Shown one piece after another: positions 1-12,265 of a stretch of DNA of 64,000 nt. The notes under the pieces are model-generated. The model saw nothing but the letters and a program-made list of their open reading frames with translations. It was not told where the DNA came from and ran no database searches. The DNA is taken from NCBI RefSeq assembly GCF_020745735.1, contig NC_083424.1, forward strand, positions 49,524,999-49,588,998. The letters run 5' to 3'. Position numbers and translations under genes: made by a program. The first letter of the stretch is position 1. Each line of letters starts with the position of its first letter. The DNA is from Hemiscyllium ocellatum (taxonomy: Eukaryota).

Positions 1-1790
1 GAATGGTTGTGTGGATTTGAATTTTTGGTATCAGTATAAAACAGATTGGAAAAGTTGGGATTGTTTTCCTTCAAGAGGAGAAGGCTACTAGGAAATCTGA
101 TAGATATTTTCTAATTCATGAGGAGTCTGGGCAGAAAAGCTAGGATTAAGTTGTTCCCACTCATGAATGAATCATGAACAAGAGGTACAGATTTAATGTA
201 ATTTCCAAAAGAGGGAAACACAATATTAGAAAAACTTTTAGATGCAGAAATAAGTTAGGATCTATGTAAGCTTTAGGTTAGAATTTAAATCCAAATCCCA
301 GTATTGATTTGTTCAGTATTGCCATTTAACAGCTTGTTGGGGCAGCTAAATAAATGTTTTTTGAATTTATGAAATAATACTTATCAAAGCATGGTAGTGG
401 CTTTATGGAATTACTATGAGTTCTTGCTTTCTGGTTTGGCTTATGATACTCCATCTGGTACTTCATCTCTGGTCTCTCTCCAACAATTCTAGATCTTCTG
501 CTACCAACTGGACAGCAGGTTCCATTAATATCAGTTTCAAACTTGGTGCACATGTTTAGATCACTAAACGTTGATGCTTTTTCCCAAGCTACAGAGCACA
601 ATGACATTCTTGCACAACAACATCTGAAATTGCTGAAACAAGTCAACAGGGTTGTAGAGAACATGAGGCGTTGTGGAGAGAAGGCAGAGTTAACATCTGA
701 GTTTCGGTGACCCTCCTTCATTAAAGGAGTGAGTGGGGATTGAGCCCAGAGAGATAGATAGATAGAGAGAGACAAAAGAAGGTAGGCAGACAAAGGGATT
801 GTTGATAGTAAGTCAGGAATAAACAAAAACAAAAATAATTATGGTGAACAAGAAGAAAGATTAAAACAAAATCCTGTTGGAGAGAGGAGTAAGACTTCTT
901 CAAGGTGGGCATACCTGAAAGAGGTGGATTAAACACCAAAACAAAGGGCTAATGCTGGGTTGATCTTCCTGTGATCCTATTTCTTTACCTTGCTGTTCCC
1001 CCATCCATTTTTTACAACATCATTCAAGCGATGTGGGCTACACTACTTAGGCCAATACTTATTTCCCCCCTGTCATTGCCCTTGAGAAGGCAGTGGTAAG
1101 CTGTCTTGTTGAACTGCTGCACATTTGGCATAATGTGAAGGCTGGGAAGGAGTTTCAAGATTTTGACCCGACTATAGTGAAGAAACAGCAATATTCTGTT
1201 CGACTGGCTGGATGGCTGGTTTGCAGTGTCAATTAAGCTTGGGTTCAATTCGTTTGCAGACTGAGATTACCATGAAGGACTCTACATCTCAACCTTGCCT
1301 CTGGCCTGAGCATGGTAACCATCATCTTAAACTCACCACCGGTCTCTCTAATGTGAGAGCAGTCCTTTTGAACAGTGTGACTGCCTTTTATTTTTATTGA
1401 CCAAGGAGTAAGATATGGCAGAACATATTGAATCCCTCAATCACACCAGTAAGTTTCTGCAACTGTTAGTAAATGTAAGGACTTTTAACCAACCTGTTGG
1501 GTCACGTTACCACGTTCCTCTTTGGTAGGTAGGCTTTGAATATGAACCTTCTAATCCAGAGGTAAAGACACTACTACCGCACCACAAGACCCAGATTTTG
1601 GACATGCATTTTTTTTTATTCATTTGTTGCTGGCTGGCCAACATTTATTGCCAGCCCAACATTCCATTGGTTTCAATGCTATTTGGATACATGCGATAGA
1701 CTTTCTCAATCTGTGCCATCTCTTCTCAATGTTTAGCATTTTATTGACTGAAGGAAGAAATTATGTTTGTGCACTCTTCCTATTAGTTAC

Positions 1791-2282
1791 TGAGGGCAAT
1801 TTGGTCCCTGTCCCAAACAGATACACACTGGCAGGGTCAGTCTGCAACCCAAAGTCATAGATGGTCTCATCATCCAACTATAGTTGACTGATGGTTAAAT
1901 ATCCAGTGTTACTTAATGATATACTCCTTCTGGAGATTCTAGCTGGAATACCTGCTCATAGTTTGAGGGCTATGTACAGAGTGGCATTCTCAGATTTTCA
2001 CTGGTACCAGGAGACAGCCAGGTCGACCCCGGTCAATGAGCAATTTATTTCAATACTTTTGCCCAGGGCAATGGGAAGAGGCTCTGGTTTGTTCAGAAGA
2101 ATATTTGCCTTTGGCTTGTGCATGAAGGAAGACATTCAAAGCTTCCAAAATGTAAAATAAATTGTTACTCACTACAACTCACCTAAATATAAAACATTGG
2201 AGAATGATTTACCTAACATTAAAAATATCAGACATTGTGAAGACTGCGATGAGAACCAATAGACTAATTCAGATAGCCGCAT
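1791..2282 (-). pseudogene. Decayed germline-joined Ig light-chain VJ (lambda-like) with candidate leader exon
   Basis: The - strand frame from 2105 reads NILLNKPEPLPIALGKSIEINCSLTGVDLAVSWYQ*KSENATLYIALKL*AGIPARISRRSISLSNTGYLTISQL*LDDETIYDFGLQTDPASVYLFGTGTKL. It has Cys (2042-2040), WYQ (2009-2001), GIPAR, GYLTIS and an FGTGTKL J motif in one frame, followed by a GTAACT donor at 1790. It carries three stops, YYC decayed to YDF, and an apparent 4-nt deletion in J. A possible leader exon spans 2282-2213 (ATG to G|GTAAAT). Confidence 0.85.
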
Positions 2283-2664
2283 AAAATGGATGAATTATCC
2301 AATCCCTCCTGTTGCCTTTTTATCAACCATAAGAAGCACTATCATGTGTTCTGTATTCTACAAATCTACCCTATAATGACAGAACTCAATTGTACAACCT
2401 GAACTAATGAAAAATAATATGAAATGAAATCTTCTCTGCAAAGCAAATTTCCTATCTTCTAGAGATCATCAGCTTAGAAATTTCAGAAATTACCAACACA
2501 AATGAGTGAACGCCCACTTTTGCAGATTGGCTTCAGTAATATGAATTTTCAGATGCATAAATTGATTTGCAATGAAAGGATGTAAATTCCACTTGCAAGA
2601 AATCAAATCTCTTTTTGTTTGAACTATGCACTGTAAATGAAAAAAACAAACATATGAAGTTTTT

Positions 2665-2978
2665 GTGGGCGGCACAGTGGCACAGTGGTTAGCACTGCTG
2701 TCTCACAGCGCCTGAGACCCGGGTTCAATTCCTGACTCAGGTGACTGACTGTGTGGAGTTTGCATGTTCTCCCCGTGTCTGCGTGGGTTTCCTCCGGGTG
2801 CTCCGGTTTCCTCCCACAGTCCAAAGATGTATGGGTTAGGTGAATTGGCCATGCTAAATCGCCCGTAGTATTAGGTAAGGGGTAAATGTAGGGGTATGGT
2901 GTGGGTTGCGCTTCGGCAGGTCGGTGTGGACTTGTTGGGCCAAAGGGCCTGTTTCCACACTGTAAGTAATCTAATCTA
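2665..2978 (+). mobile_element. HE1-type tRNA-derived V-SINE, full length
   Basis: A box TGGCACAGTGG, B box GGTTCAATTCC, central GGTTTCCTCCGGGTGCTCCGGTTTCCTCCCACAGTCC domain, CR1-like 3' end and TAATC tail; near-identical copies occur elsewhere in the window. Confidence 0.9.
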
Positions 2979-3669
2979 TTTTATGTCCTTTATAAAGGAC
3001 ATAAAATACAAGGAATGTTTGCAGCTTTGGATAAATAAGTGAAGCTGACTGCTACAGATGAAACAACAGTGCCTTTGGGATATTTTGTCCAGATAAACCT
3101 GTTCAGGGTAAATCTGCCTAGGGACAGTCATTTGATCAGCTTTCCAACTGACACTACTTGTGGATTCAGGAGAGCTTGGTAATAGTAACAAGCTCGGAAT
3201 AGCTGCAGTTCAGCACAGAATCTATAAGGGGGAATGCACACCAAGCAGGTCAGAAGGCATAGAGGTTTGCATCATCACCTTTCCATCATTCTATTCTCTT
3301 GCACTATAAAACTCCAACTCACTATTGAAAGAGCAGGGATTAACTATATTCAGAGTTTCTGAAAGAAAACATTTCAAAACCCAAAGGGATAAGAAAGACT
3401 AAGCAACTAGTGAAGTAAACACTAGTCATCACCGCGGAGAGAACCTCAAGGCATCATGGAGAAATGCAACAGGATCCTGAAACCATTTCATTTAGTTTTG
3501 TGATTTTGACTGGTGATACACAAGTGTGTTCCACTGAGTATTACCCACCCTCATACAATTTGTGTTTTTACTGTTTCCTTTTGTGTGTACATGGGGAGGG
3601 AATTATTGTTATTTCCAATGTTATTGTTACTATTTACTAAGTTGTACAAAATTAGATGCTTTTTTTTAA

Positions 3670-5232
3670 CAGTAGGAAGTGCTGGATGTCTTGAAATGCA
3701 TAAAGGTGGATAAACTCCCAGGACCTAATCAGGTGTACCCTAGAACTCTGTGGGAAGCTAGGGAAGTGACTGCTTGGCCTCTTGCTGAGTTATCTGTATC
3801 ATCAATAGTCACAAGTGAGATGCCAGAAGACTTGGAGATTGGCTAACATGGTTTAAGAATAGGTGCTAATGACACGCCAAGGAACTATAGACCGGTGAGC
3901 CCGATGTTGGTGGTGGGCAGGTTGTTGGACGGATTCCTGAGGGACAGGATGGACATGTATTTGGAAAGACAAGGACTGATTAGGAATAATCAACATGGCT
4001 TAGTGTGTGGGAGATCGTATCTCACAAACTTGATTGAGTTTTTTGAAGAAGTAACAAAAAAGGATTGATGAGGGCAGAATGATAGATGTGATCTATATGG
4101 ACTTCAGTAAGGCATTCAATAGGGTTCCCCATGGGAGACTGGTTAGCAAGGGTAGATCTCATGGAATACAGGGAGAACTAGCCATTTGGATACAGAACTG
4201 GTTCAAAGGTAGAGGACAGAGGGTGGTGGTGGAGGCCTGTAACCAGTGAAGTGCAACAAGGAGTAGTTGCTGGGTCCACTACTTTTCATCATTTATATAA
4301 ATTATTTGGATATGAGCATAAAAGGTATAGTTAGTAAGTTTGCAGATGACACCAAATTTAGAGGGGTAGTGGATAGCGAAGAAGGTTACCTCAGATTACA
4401 ACAGGATCTTGATCAAATGGGCCAGTAGGCTGAGAAGTGGCAAATGGAGTTTAATTCAGATAAATGCGAGGTGCTGTACTTTGGGAAAGCAAATCTTAGC
4501 AGGACTTATACACTTTATGGTAAGGTCCTAGGGAGTGTTGCTGAACAAAGAGACCTTGAAGTGCAGGTTCATAACTCCTTGAAAATGGAGTCACAGGTAG
4601 ATAGGATAGTGAAGAAGGTATTTGGTATGCTTTTCTTTATTGATTAGAGTATCGAGTACAGGAATTGGGAGGTCATGTTGCACTTTTACAGGACATTGGA
4701 TAGGCCACTGTTGGAATATTGTGTGCAATTCTGGGCTCCTAACTATTGGAAAGATGTTGTGAAACTTGAAAGGGTTCAGAAAAGATTTACAAAGATGTTG
4801 CTAGGGTTGGAGGATTTGAGCTATATGGAGAGGCTGAACAGGCTGGGGCTGTTTTCCCTGGAGCACCGGAGGCTGAGCGGTGACATTATAGAGGTTTACA
4901 ATATTATGAGGGGCATGAATAGGGTCTTTTCCCTGGAGTGGGCAAGTCCAGAACTAGAGGGCATACATTTAGGATGAGAGGGGAAAGATAAAGAAGAGAC
5001 CTAAGGGGCAACATTTCACGCAGAGGATGTTACATGTATGGAATGAGCTGCCAGAGGAAATGGTGGAGGCTAGTACAATTGCAACATTTAAAAGGCATTT
5101 GGATGGGTATATGAATAGGAAGGGTTTGGAGGAATATGGGCTGGTGGGACTGGATGGGTGGGAATATCTGGTTGGCATGAACAGGTTGGATCAAAGGGTC
5201 TGTTTCCATGCTGTACATCTCTATGACTCTAT
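3670..5232 (+). mobile_element. CR1 LINE relic (RT to 3' end)
   Basis: Fragmented ORFs similar to CR1 ORF2 (MEFNSDKCEVLYFG, RPLLEYCVQFWAP, WNELPEEMVEA); ends in a CTCTATGACTCTAT tail. Confidence 0.85.
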
Positions 5233-5439
5233 TAAGAGTGTTATGGGACTTGGTGAAGGGAAGAGAGACAGGTTGCACAGTGACAGCGAAAGACTTTGTC
5301 CCATTCTACAGATGCGGCTCAATTATGGTGAAGGAAAGTAAACTATATTGGATTTGCCAATTTTATTGAGAGCAGGAATTCAATTCACACTTACAAAGTA
5401 GTCATGGATTGCATTCTCTAATTAAATGTAAATTGAATC

Positions 5440-6470
5440 TATATAATGAGAATCCCAAGGTATTTTATATGTATATTAGGAACAAGAAGGCAGCTAGGCA
5501 ATGAGTAGATCAAAAACCAAGGAAAGAATTTGTGTGTGAGTCAGGGTAAATGGGTGATGTCCTTAATGATTTCTTCATATCAATATTCACCAAGGAAAAG
5601 CAAGGATAATAGTAAGATTAGGGAGAGGTATGTTGATATTTTAGGGCATCTTATAATTAAGAAGGAGGAGGTCTTGAAAACCATTAAGGTAGATAGGTCA
5701 TTAGGTCCTGTTGAGATCTATTACAGGTTACTGAGGGAGGAAAGGGAGGATATTGCTGGGGGGTTGACAGAGATCTTTGTATTCCCCTTTAGCCACAGAA
5801 CACTGAAGAATAACCAATGTTGTTCCTTTTTTTTAAGAAGGGATGAGGGACAATCCAGAAAATTATAGGATGGTGACCCTTACATCAGTGTTTGGGAAAT
5901 TATTGGAGAAGGTTCTTAGAGATAGGATTTGTGCACATTTGGAAAATAATAGACTTATTATGGATAGTCAGTATCACTTTGTGCATGGGAGATCTGGTCT
6001 CACAAATTTGATTGAGGTTTTTGAGGAAGTCACAAAGATAATTGATATGGTTAGGGCAGTGGATACTGTCTATATGGACTTTACTAAAGCATTTGACAAG
6101 GCCCATCATGATGGACTATCCAAAAGATTAAGTAACATTGGATCCATGATCAGTTGGTAAGTTGGATACAAAATTGGCATGTTCATAGGTGACTTAGGTA
6201 GTTGTAGAGAGAAGTTTTTCTGATTGGAGATCCGTGATTCTGTGGTGTTCTACAAAGATAAGTGCTGGGATCTCTGTAAGCCAGTATATATAAATCAAAT
6301 GTATGTAAAGAACAATTTGGATGAAAATGTGGGTGGTTTGATTAGTAAGTTGCAGGTCACATGAAAATTAGTGAAGTTGTGAATAGTGAACAAGGTTGTC
6401 AAAGCATATAGTAGGATATGAATCAGTTGGAACGTTGGATAGAGAAATGTCAGATGAAGTTTAATCTACT
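5440..6470 (+). mobile_element. Old CR1 ORF2 relic
   Basis: ORF fragments DNPENYRMVTLTSVFGKLLEKVLRDRI and VYMDFTKAFDK with frameshifts. Confidence 0.8.
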
Positions 6471-6471
6471 T

Positions 6472-9318
6472 CAATGCCAGGAGCATCCAGAATAAGGTGG
6501 GTGAACCTGCAACATGGGTTGGTACCTGGGACTTCAATGATGTGGCCATTTCGGAGACATGGATAGAGCAGGGACAGGATGGTCATTGCAGGTTCCAGGA
6601 TTTAGATGTTTCAGTAAGAACAGAGAAGATGGTAAAAGAGGGGGAGGTAATTGTTGGTCAAGGACAGTACTACAGTTGCAGAAAGGATATTTGGGGACTC
6701 ATCAACTGCGGTAGTATGGGCTGAGGTTAGTAACAGGAAAGGAGAGGTCACCCTGTTGGGAGTTTTCTATAGGCCTCCGAATAATTCCAGAGATGTAGAG
6801 GAAAGGATAGCAAAGATGATTCTCGATAGGAGTGAGAGAGACAGGATAGTTGTCATGGGGGACTTCAACTTTCCAAATACTGACTGGGAACACTATAGTA
6901 CGAGAACTATAGATGGGGCAGTTTTGTCCAGTGTGTGCAGGAGGGCTTCCTGACACAGTATGTAGACAGGCCAACAAGGGGCAAAGCCACATTAGATTTG
7001 GTACTAGGTAGTGAGCCTGACCAGGTGTTAGACTTGGAAGTAGGTGAGCACTTTGGTGATAGCAATCACAATTCTGTTATGTTTACTTTAGTGATAGAAA
7101 GGGATGCTGCCTGACCTGCTGCGCTTTTCCAGCAATACATTTTCAGCTCTGATCTCCAGCATCTGCAGACCTCACCTTTTCCTGATAGAAAGGAATAGAC
7201 AATTACGATGCGATTAGGCAAGATTTAGGAAGCATAGGATGGGGAAGAAAACTGCAGAGGAGGGGCACATTAGAAATGTGGAGCTTATTCAAGGAAAAGC
7301 TCCTGAGTGTCCTAGATAAGTATGTACCTGTCAGGCAGGGAGGAAGCTGTAAAGCGCGGGAGCCGTGGTTTACGAAGGAAGTGGAATTTCTGGTCAAGAG
7401 GAAGAAGAAGGCTTATGTTAGGATGAGATGTGAAGGCTCAGGGTGCTTGAGGGTTACAAGGTAACCAGGAAAGACCTAAAGAGAGAGCTCAGAAGAGCCA
7501 GGAGGAGACATGAGAAGTTATTGGCGGATAGGATCAGGGTAAACTCTAAGGCTTTCTATAGATATTTAAGGAATAAAAAGAATGATGAGTGTAAGAGTAG
7601 GACCAATCAAGGATAGTACTGGGAAATTGTGTGTGGAGTCAGAGGAGATAGGGGAAGCACTGAATGAATATTTTTCGACAGTATTCACTCTAGAAAACGA
7701 CAATGTTGTTAAGGAGAATACTGAGATACAGGCTACTAGACTAAGTGGAATTGAGGTTCACAAGGAAGAGGTATTAGAAATCCTGCAGAGTGTGAAAATA
7801 GATAAGTCCCCTGTGCCGGATGGGATTTATCCTAGGATCCTCTGGCATTGATCTTTAAATTATATTGCCTACAGGAATAGTGCCAGAAGACTGGAGGTTA
7901 GCAAATGTTGTTCCCTTATTCAAGAAGGGGAGTATAGACCAGTAATTATAGACCAGTGAGTCTTACTTCAGTTGTTGGTAAAGTATTTGAAAAGGTTATA
8001 AGAGATAGGATTTATAATCATCTAGAAAAGAATAATTTGATTAGGGATAGTCAGCACAGTTTTGTGAAGGGTAGGTCGTGCCTCACAAACCTTATTGGGT
8101 TCTTTGAGAAGGTGACCAAACGATAGATGAGAGTAAACTGGTTGATGTGGTGTATATGGATTTCAGCAAGGCATTCAATAAGGTTCCCCACAGTAGGCTA
8201 TTGTACAAAATGTGGAGGAATGTGATTGTGGGAGATATAGCAGTTTGAATCAGCAATTGGTTTGCTGAAAGAAGACAGAGGGTGGTGGTTGATGGGAAAT
8301 GTTCATCCTGGAGTTAAGTTCCTAATGGTGTACCGCAAGGGTCAGTGTTGGGTCCACTGCTGTTCGTCATTTTTATCAATGATCTGGATGAGGGCGTATA
8401 AAGGGTGGGTTAGTAAATTTGCAGATGACACTAAGGTTAGTGGAGTTGGGAATAGTGACGAAGAATGTTGTAGGTTACAGAGGGACATAGATAAGCTGCA
8501 GAGCTGGGCTGAGAGGTAGCAAATGGAGTTTAATGCGGACAAGTGTGAGGTGATTCACTTTGGTTGGAGTAACCAGAATGCAAAGTACTGGGCTAATGGT
8601 ACGATTCTTGGTAGTGTAGATGAGCAGAGAGATCTCAGTGTTCAGGTACACAGATCCCTGAAAGTTGCCACCCAAGTTGATAGGGTTGTTAAGAAGGCAT
8701 ACAGTGTTTTAGCTTTTATTAATAGAGGGATCGAGTTCTGAAACCATGAGGTTATGCTAAGTTTTATAAAACTCTGGCGCGGCCGCACTTGGAAGTATTG
8801 TGTATAGTTTTGGTCACTGCATTATAAGAAGGACGTGGAAGCTTTGGAAAGGGTGCAGAGGAGATTTACTAGGATGTTGCCTGTTATGGAGGGAATGTCT
8901 TATGAGGAAAGGCTGAGTGAGTTGAGCCTGTTTTCGTGAGAGAGAAGGTTAAGAGGTGACTTAATAGAGACATATAAGATAATCAGAAGGTTAGATAGGG
9001 TGGACAGGGAGAGCCTTTTTCCAAGTATGGTGATGGTGAGCATGAGAGGTAATAGCTTTAAATTGAGGGGTGATAGATATAGGGCAGATGTCAGAGGTAG
9101 TTTCTTTACTCAGAGAGTAGTAAGGATATGGAATGCTTTGCCTGCAACGGTAGTAGATTCGCCAACTTTAAGTACGTTAAGTCATCGTTGGACAAGCATA
9201 TGGACGTACATGGAATAGAGTAGGTTAGAGGGACTTCAGATTGGTATGACAGGTCGGTGCAACATTGAGGGCCGAAGTGCCTGTACTGTGCTGTGATGTT
9301 CAATGTTCTAATGTTCTG
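6472..9318 (+). mobile_element. CR1 LINE relic covering most of ORF2 (endonuclease + RT) and 3' UTR
   Basis: NARS and GVFYRPPN/VMGDFNFP endonuclease motifs, SKFADDTK RT motif, multiple stops and frameshifts, TGTTC-type tail; short Penelope-type terminal fragment inserted at ~7105-7185. Confidence 0.9.
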
Positions 9319-9319
9319 T

Positions 9320-9910
9320 GAAATACTGTGAGGTGATGCATTTTGGGAGGTCAAATGCAAGAGAAAACTGTACAGTAACATTGATTTCCAGAGGTATCTT
9401 GGAGTGCAAGTCCATTGCTCCTTGAAAGTGGCAATATAAGTGGATAAAGTGATAAGGAAGGCATACTGCATGCTTGCCTTCATTGGTCAGGGCATTAATT
9501 ATAAAAGTTCACAAGTCATGTTGCAAATGTTTGAAGTTTTAGTTCGACCATGTTTGGAGTATTGTAAGCTATTGTCACCACACTACAGGATGTGGAGATT
9601 TTGGAGGGGGGGGGGGGGGTGGAATAAAGAGGTTTATCAGGTTGTTGCCTGGATTGGAATGTATTAGGTATTGGGCAAACATGAACTAATTTTGCTAAAC
9701 CATTGCAGGCTGAGAGGTGACCTGTCATAAGTCTATACAATTAAAAGAGGGTGGATTGTTGCAATCGATTTCCCAGGGTGGACACGTCAAATACACGGGG
9801 AACTCGTTTAAGATGAGAAGAGAGAAGTTTAAAGGAGGTGTGACAGGATTGTTTTTACAGAGTGGTAGGTATCTGGAACGGAGTGCCAGGGGACGTGGCA
9901 GAAGCAGTTA
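9320..9910 (+). mobile_element. CR1 3' ORF2 relic
   Basis: MDKVIRKAYCMLAFIGQGINYKS...VRPCLEYC similarity to the CR1 C-terminal region. Confidence 0.75.
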
Positions 9911-10379
9911 AATAGCAATTCAACAGCTGTAGAGATTAAAATTGACAGTTTATGAAATGATATAAATCATGTGAAATATAAACTTGACCGTGGATTCGTT
10001 TCAACTGGCGTTACACATTTACAGAACCAAATTTGACACCGAATAGCCCACAGATATACTAATTGCGGCTCCCCTTGTCTTGCAAAGGCAGCATAGCTGG
10101 GTGGAATAGTTCAGAGATCCACGAACACGGTTCTCGTTCTCTTTCTGTATTACCCTCTTGAAAGCTCACATAACTCCCTAATATTTTGTTCATTTCTCCG
10201 AAGCCTTCCTTTTCGGAAGGCGTCCGGTACTAGAATGACAGTGGCTCTGGGAATCACCTTCCGCTTTTTCTTTATTAGAAGTGTGTTTTGTCATTAAGCT
10301 TGTTTCCCATTGACACATTTCAATTTCATTAACAGCAATGGTTTAGATTTAACATTTTCACATAATGCTATACATAGAA

Positions 10380-10640
10380 ATAGTGTCGCCTATCGGATGT
10401 GAAATTTCACTCCGGTAACCACCCCCACCTCACTCTGCCCTTCCTCCTCGTTCTTACTTCTCAATCTGACGCAGCACTTTCTGTAGTGCGTGATGACGAC
10501 ACAGGACGAGGTGACGTCACCTCGGCATTCTCCGCCCGTGCGTAAATAGATCTTGGCGCAGAAACACATAGCGTCGCACGGTGATGATGCCGATGTGCGG
10601 TTTACGCGTGCGCAGAGTGCTGGCCTTTCCTGTTATTGAC
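10380..10640. promoter_or_regulatory. CpG-rich, housekeeping-type promoter-like island
   Basis: Local CpG enrichment in an otherwise CpG-depleted window; CRE TGACGTCA (10512-10519) inside a perfect 18-bp palindrome (10507-10524); NRF1-like ACGCGTGCGCA (10604-10614); donor-like GTAAGA on the - strand at 10457. Confidence 0.5.
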
Positions 10641-11784
10641 AATTTGAACGATTGTGAATTCAATAAGAATTGTTTAGACACGCAATTCAGTTCTTCCTTT
10701 AATCTGATTTAATTCTTCCAATTTGCTTCTGAAGCACCAATTGCTTTCTGTCCCCTAACCTACTTCATAATAATACACGAGATTTTACTTTTCCTGCGCA
10801 CAACTTTGAGCTGATAAGAGGTGGAAACTTCCCAGATTCTATTTTCTTTTTTAAAGCAGGCAGTGGTCTAGTGGTATATTTAGACCATTAATCCAGGCAT
10901 CCAGTTAACGTTGTGGGAAAGGGATTTTCGATTATTGTAAAAAGCCCATATGATTCACCAAAGTGCTTACAAAAGACGTATGCCATTCTTACTTGTTGTG
11001 GCAGACAAGTAACTCTAGAATTTGTGGGCGACCAGGGATGGGCAATAAATGCTAGCCACGAATATCCACATCCCATGAAAGAATAGAACAAAAATTTCAT
11101 TAGACCACCTGGAGGAGCTTGCCACGAATAGCCAACAGTCGTGGTACACCAGATGGCTGCACTACAGCAGTGACGTAATCAGATCCTATAATCTGTGGCA
11201 TGTCCATTATCGATAGCTACTTTGTAATAGAGTTAATCAGTTTACAAGGGGTGGGGTAACAATAGTATCCATAATCGGGAGATTGGGGCCAGGTCTAGAA
11301 GTCAGTGAGAATGTTGCCACTGGCAATTACTTTTGGATATTTTAATCTAGTGAGCAAGGTTTCATTACATGTGCCATTCATTAAAGTCCTTGCTTTGATT
11401 GAATTAGTTTTATTGTCACATGTACTTACATGAATGCAGTGAAAGGTTTACAAAGGCATCACTCACAGCAACACCTTAGGTACAAAGGTACCTCGGTACA
11501 GGATGTTAGGAATAAGTTAGTAAAATAAAGATATAAAAGGTTCAGCACTACAGTCTTCATCTTGGATACAGGGCACGTGGGTACAAAATCTTATGAATAA
11601 ATTAACTTTAAAAGGTTCAGCATTACAGTCTTTCAAGCAGATTGCACCAGGGCTTGGCACCAGACTGTGCTGGGCATTGCCACCAGACTGCACTGGCTCT
11701 CACCCTCAGACACATCGGGACAATACCTCCAAACTACACCAGGATTGGCAAGCCTACAGGAAAAAAAGACATGGCTACCACATA

Positions 11785-12265
11785 ACTTGAAGAATTACAT
11801 TATATTTTGCTCATAAATTGCATGAATCCATGTAAGATTCTGTAAATTCATTTTTAGATTAGAATCAGTCTGAACATTGTAGCACAGTCTCACACAGAGC
11901 ACCCCTCACCTTAAGTACATTATATGGATCAATACGACTTCAATTGTTAAAGTTCACTTGAGAATATAACTTTTAAAAAGTTCTGCAATTTACATATGAA
12001 AGAACAGAAACCAACATGTTCATTGTAAAAGATGAGACACTTAACAAACAATCAAGGTCTTTTTCAATATATATTTTCAGTTACATCACACTGTAAACTT
12101 TTGCTATAAATTCTGTGCCTTACACCCTTATACTCCACAACCACCTGATGAAAGAGCAGCGGTCCGAGAGCTAGCGCTTCCAAATAAACTTGTTGGACTA
12201 TAATTTGGTGTTGTGTGATTTTTAACTTTGTACATCCCAGTCCAACTCTGGCACCTGCAACTCAC
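11785..12265 (+). mobile_element. Non-coding Penelope-derived element with decayed hammerhead motif
   Basis: Shares long blocks with 12965-13556 and 39560-40305; CTGATGA core at 12145-12151 with damaged stem II and GAGA in place of GAAA. Confidence 0.65.

Noticed and set aside
1824-1830. Heptamer-like CAGTGTG just before the pseudo-J
   Set aside because: No nonamer at 12 or 23 bp spacing, and V runs in frame directly into it; treated as CDR3 sequence.
2441-2448. Octamer-like ATTTGCTT upstream of the - strand pseudogene
   Set aside because: One mismatch, 166 nt from the candidate ATG (versus 122-124) and lacks the AATGAA flank; too weak to call.
2665-2745. tRNA-like A/B boxes (also at 15740-15816, 55905, 63201)
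   Set aside because: These are SINE heads; no cloverleaf, and they continue into the SINE body.
9606-9619. Long G homopolymer (others near 31405, 38716, 43530)
   Set aside because: Embedded in decayed repeats, length unreliable; no evidence of function.
10490-10710. Two RTGATGA C-box motifs suggesting a C/D snoRNA
   Set aside because: No appropriately placed D box with terminal stem and no resemblance to U3/U8-type RNAs that I can recognise.
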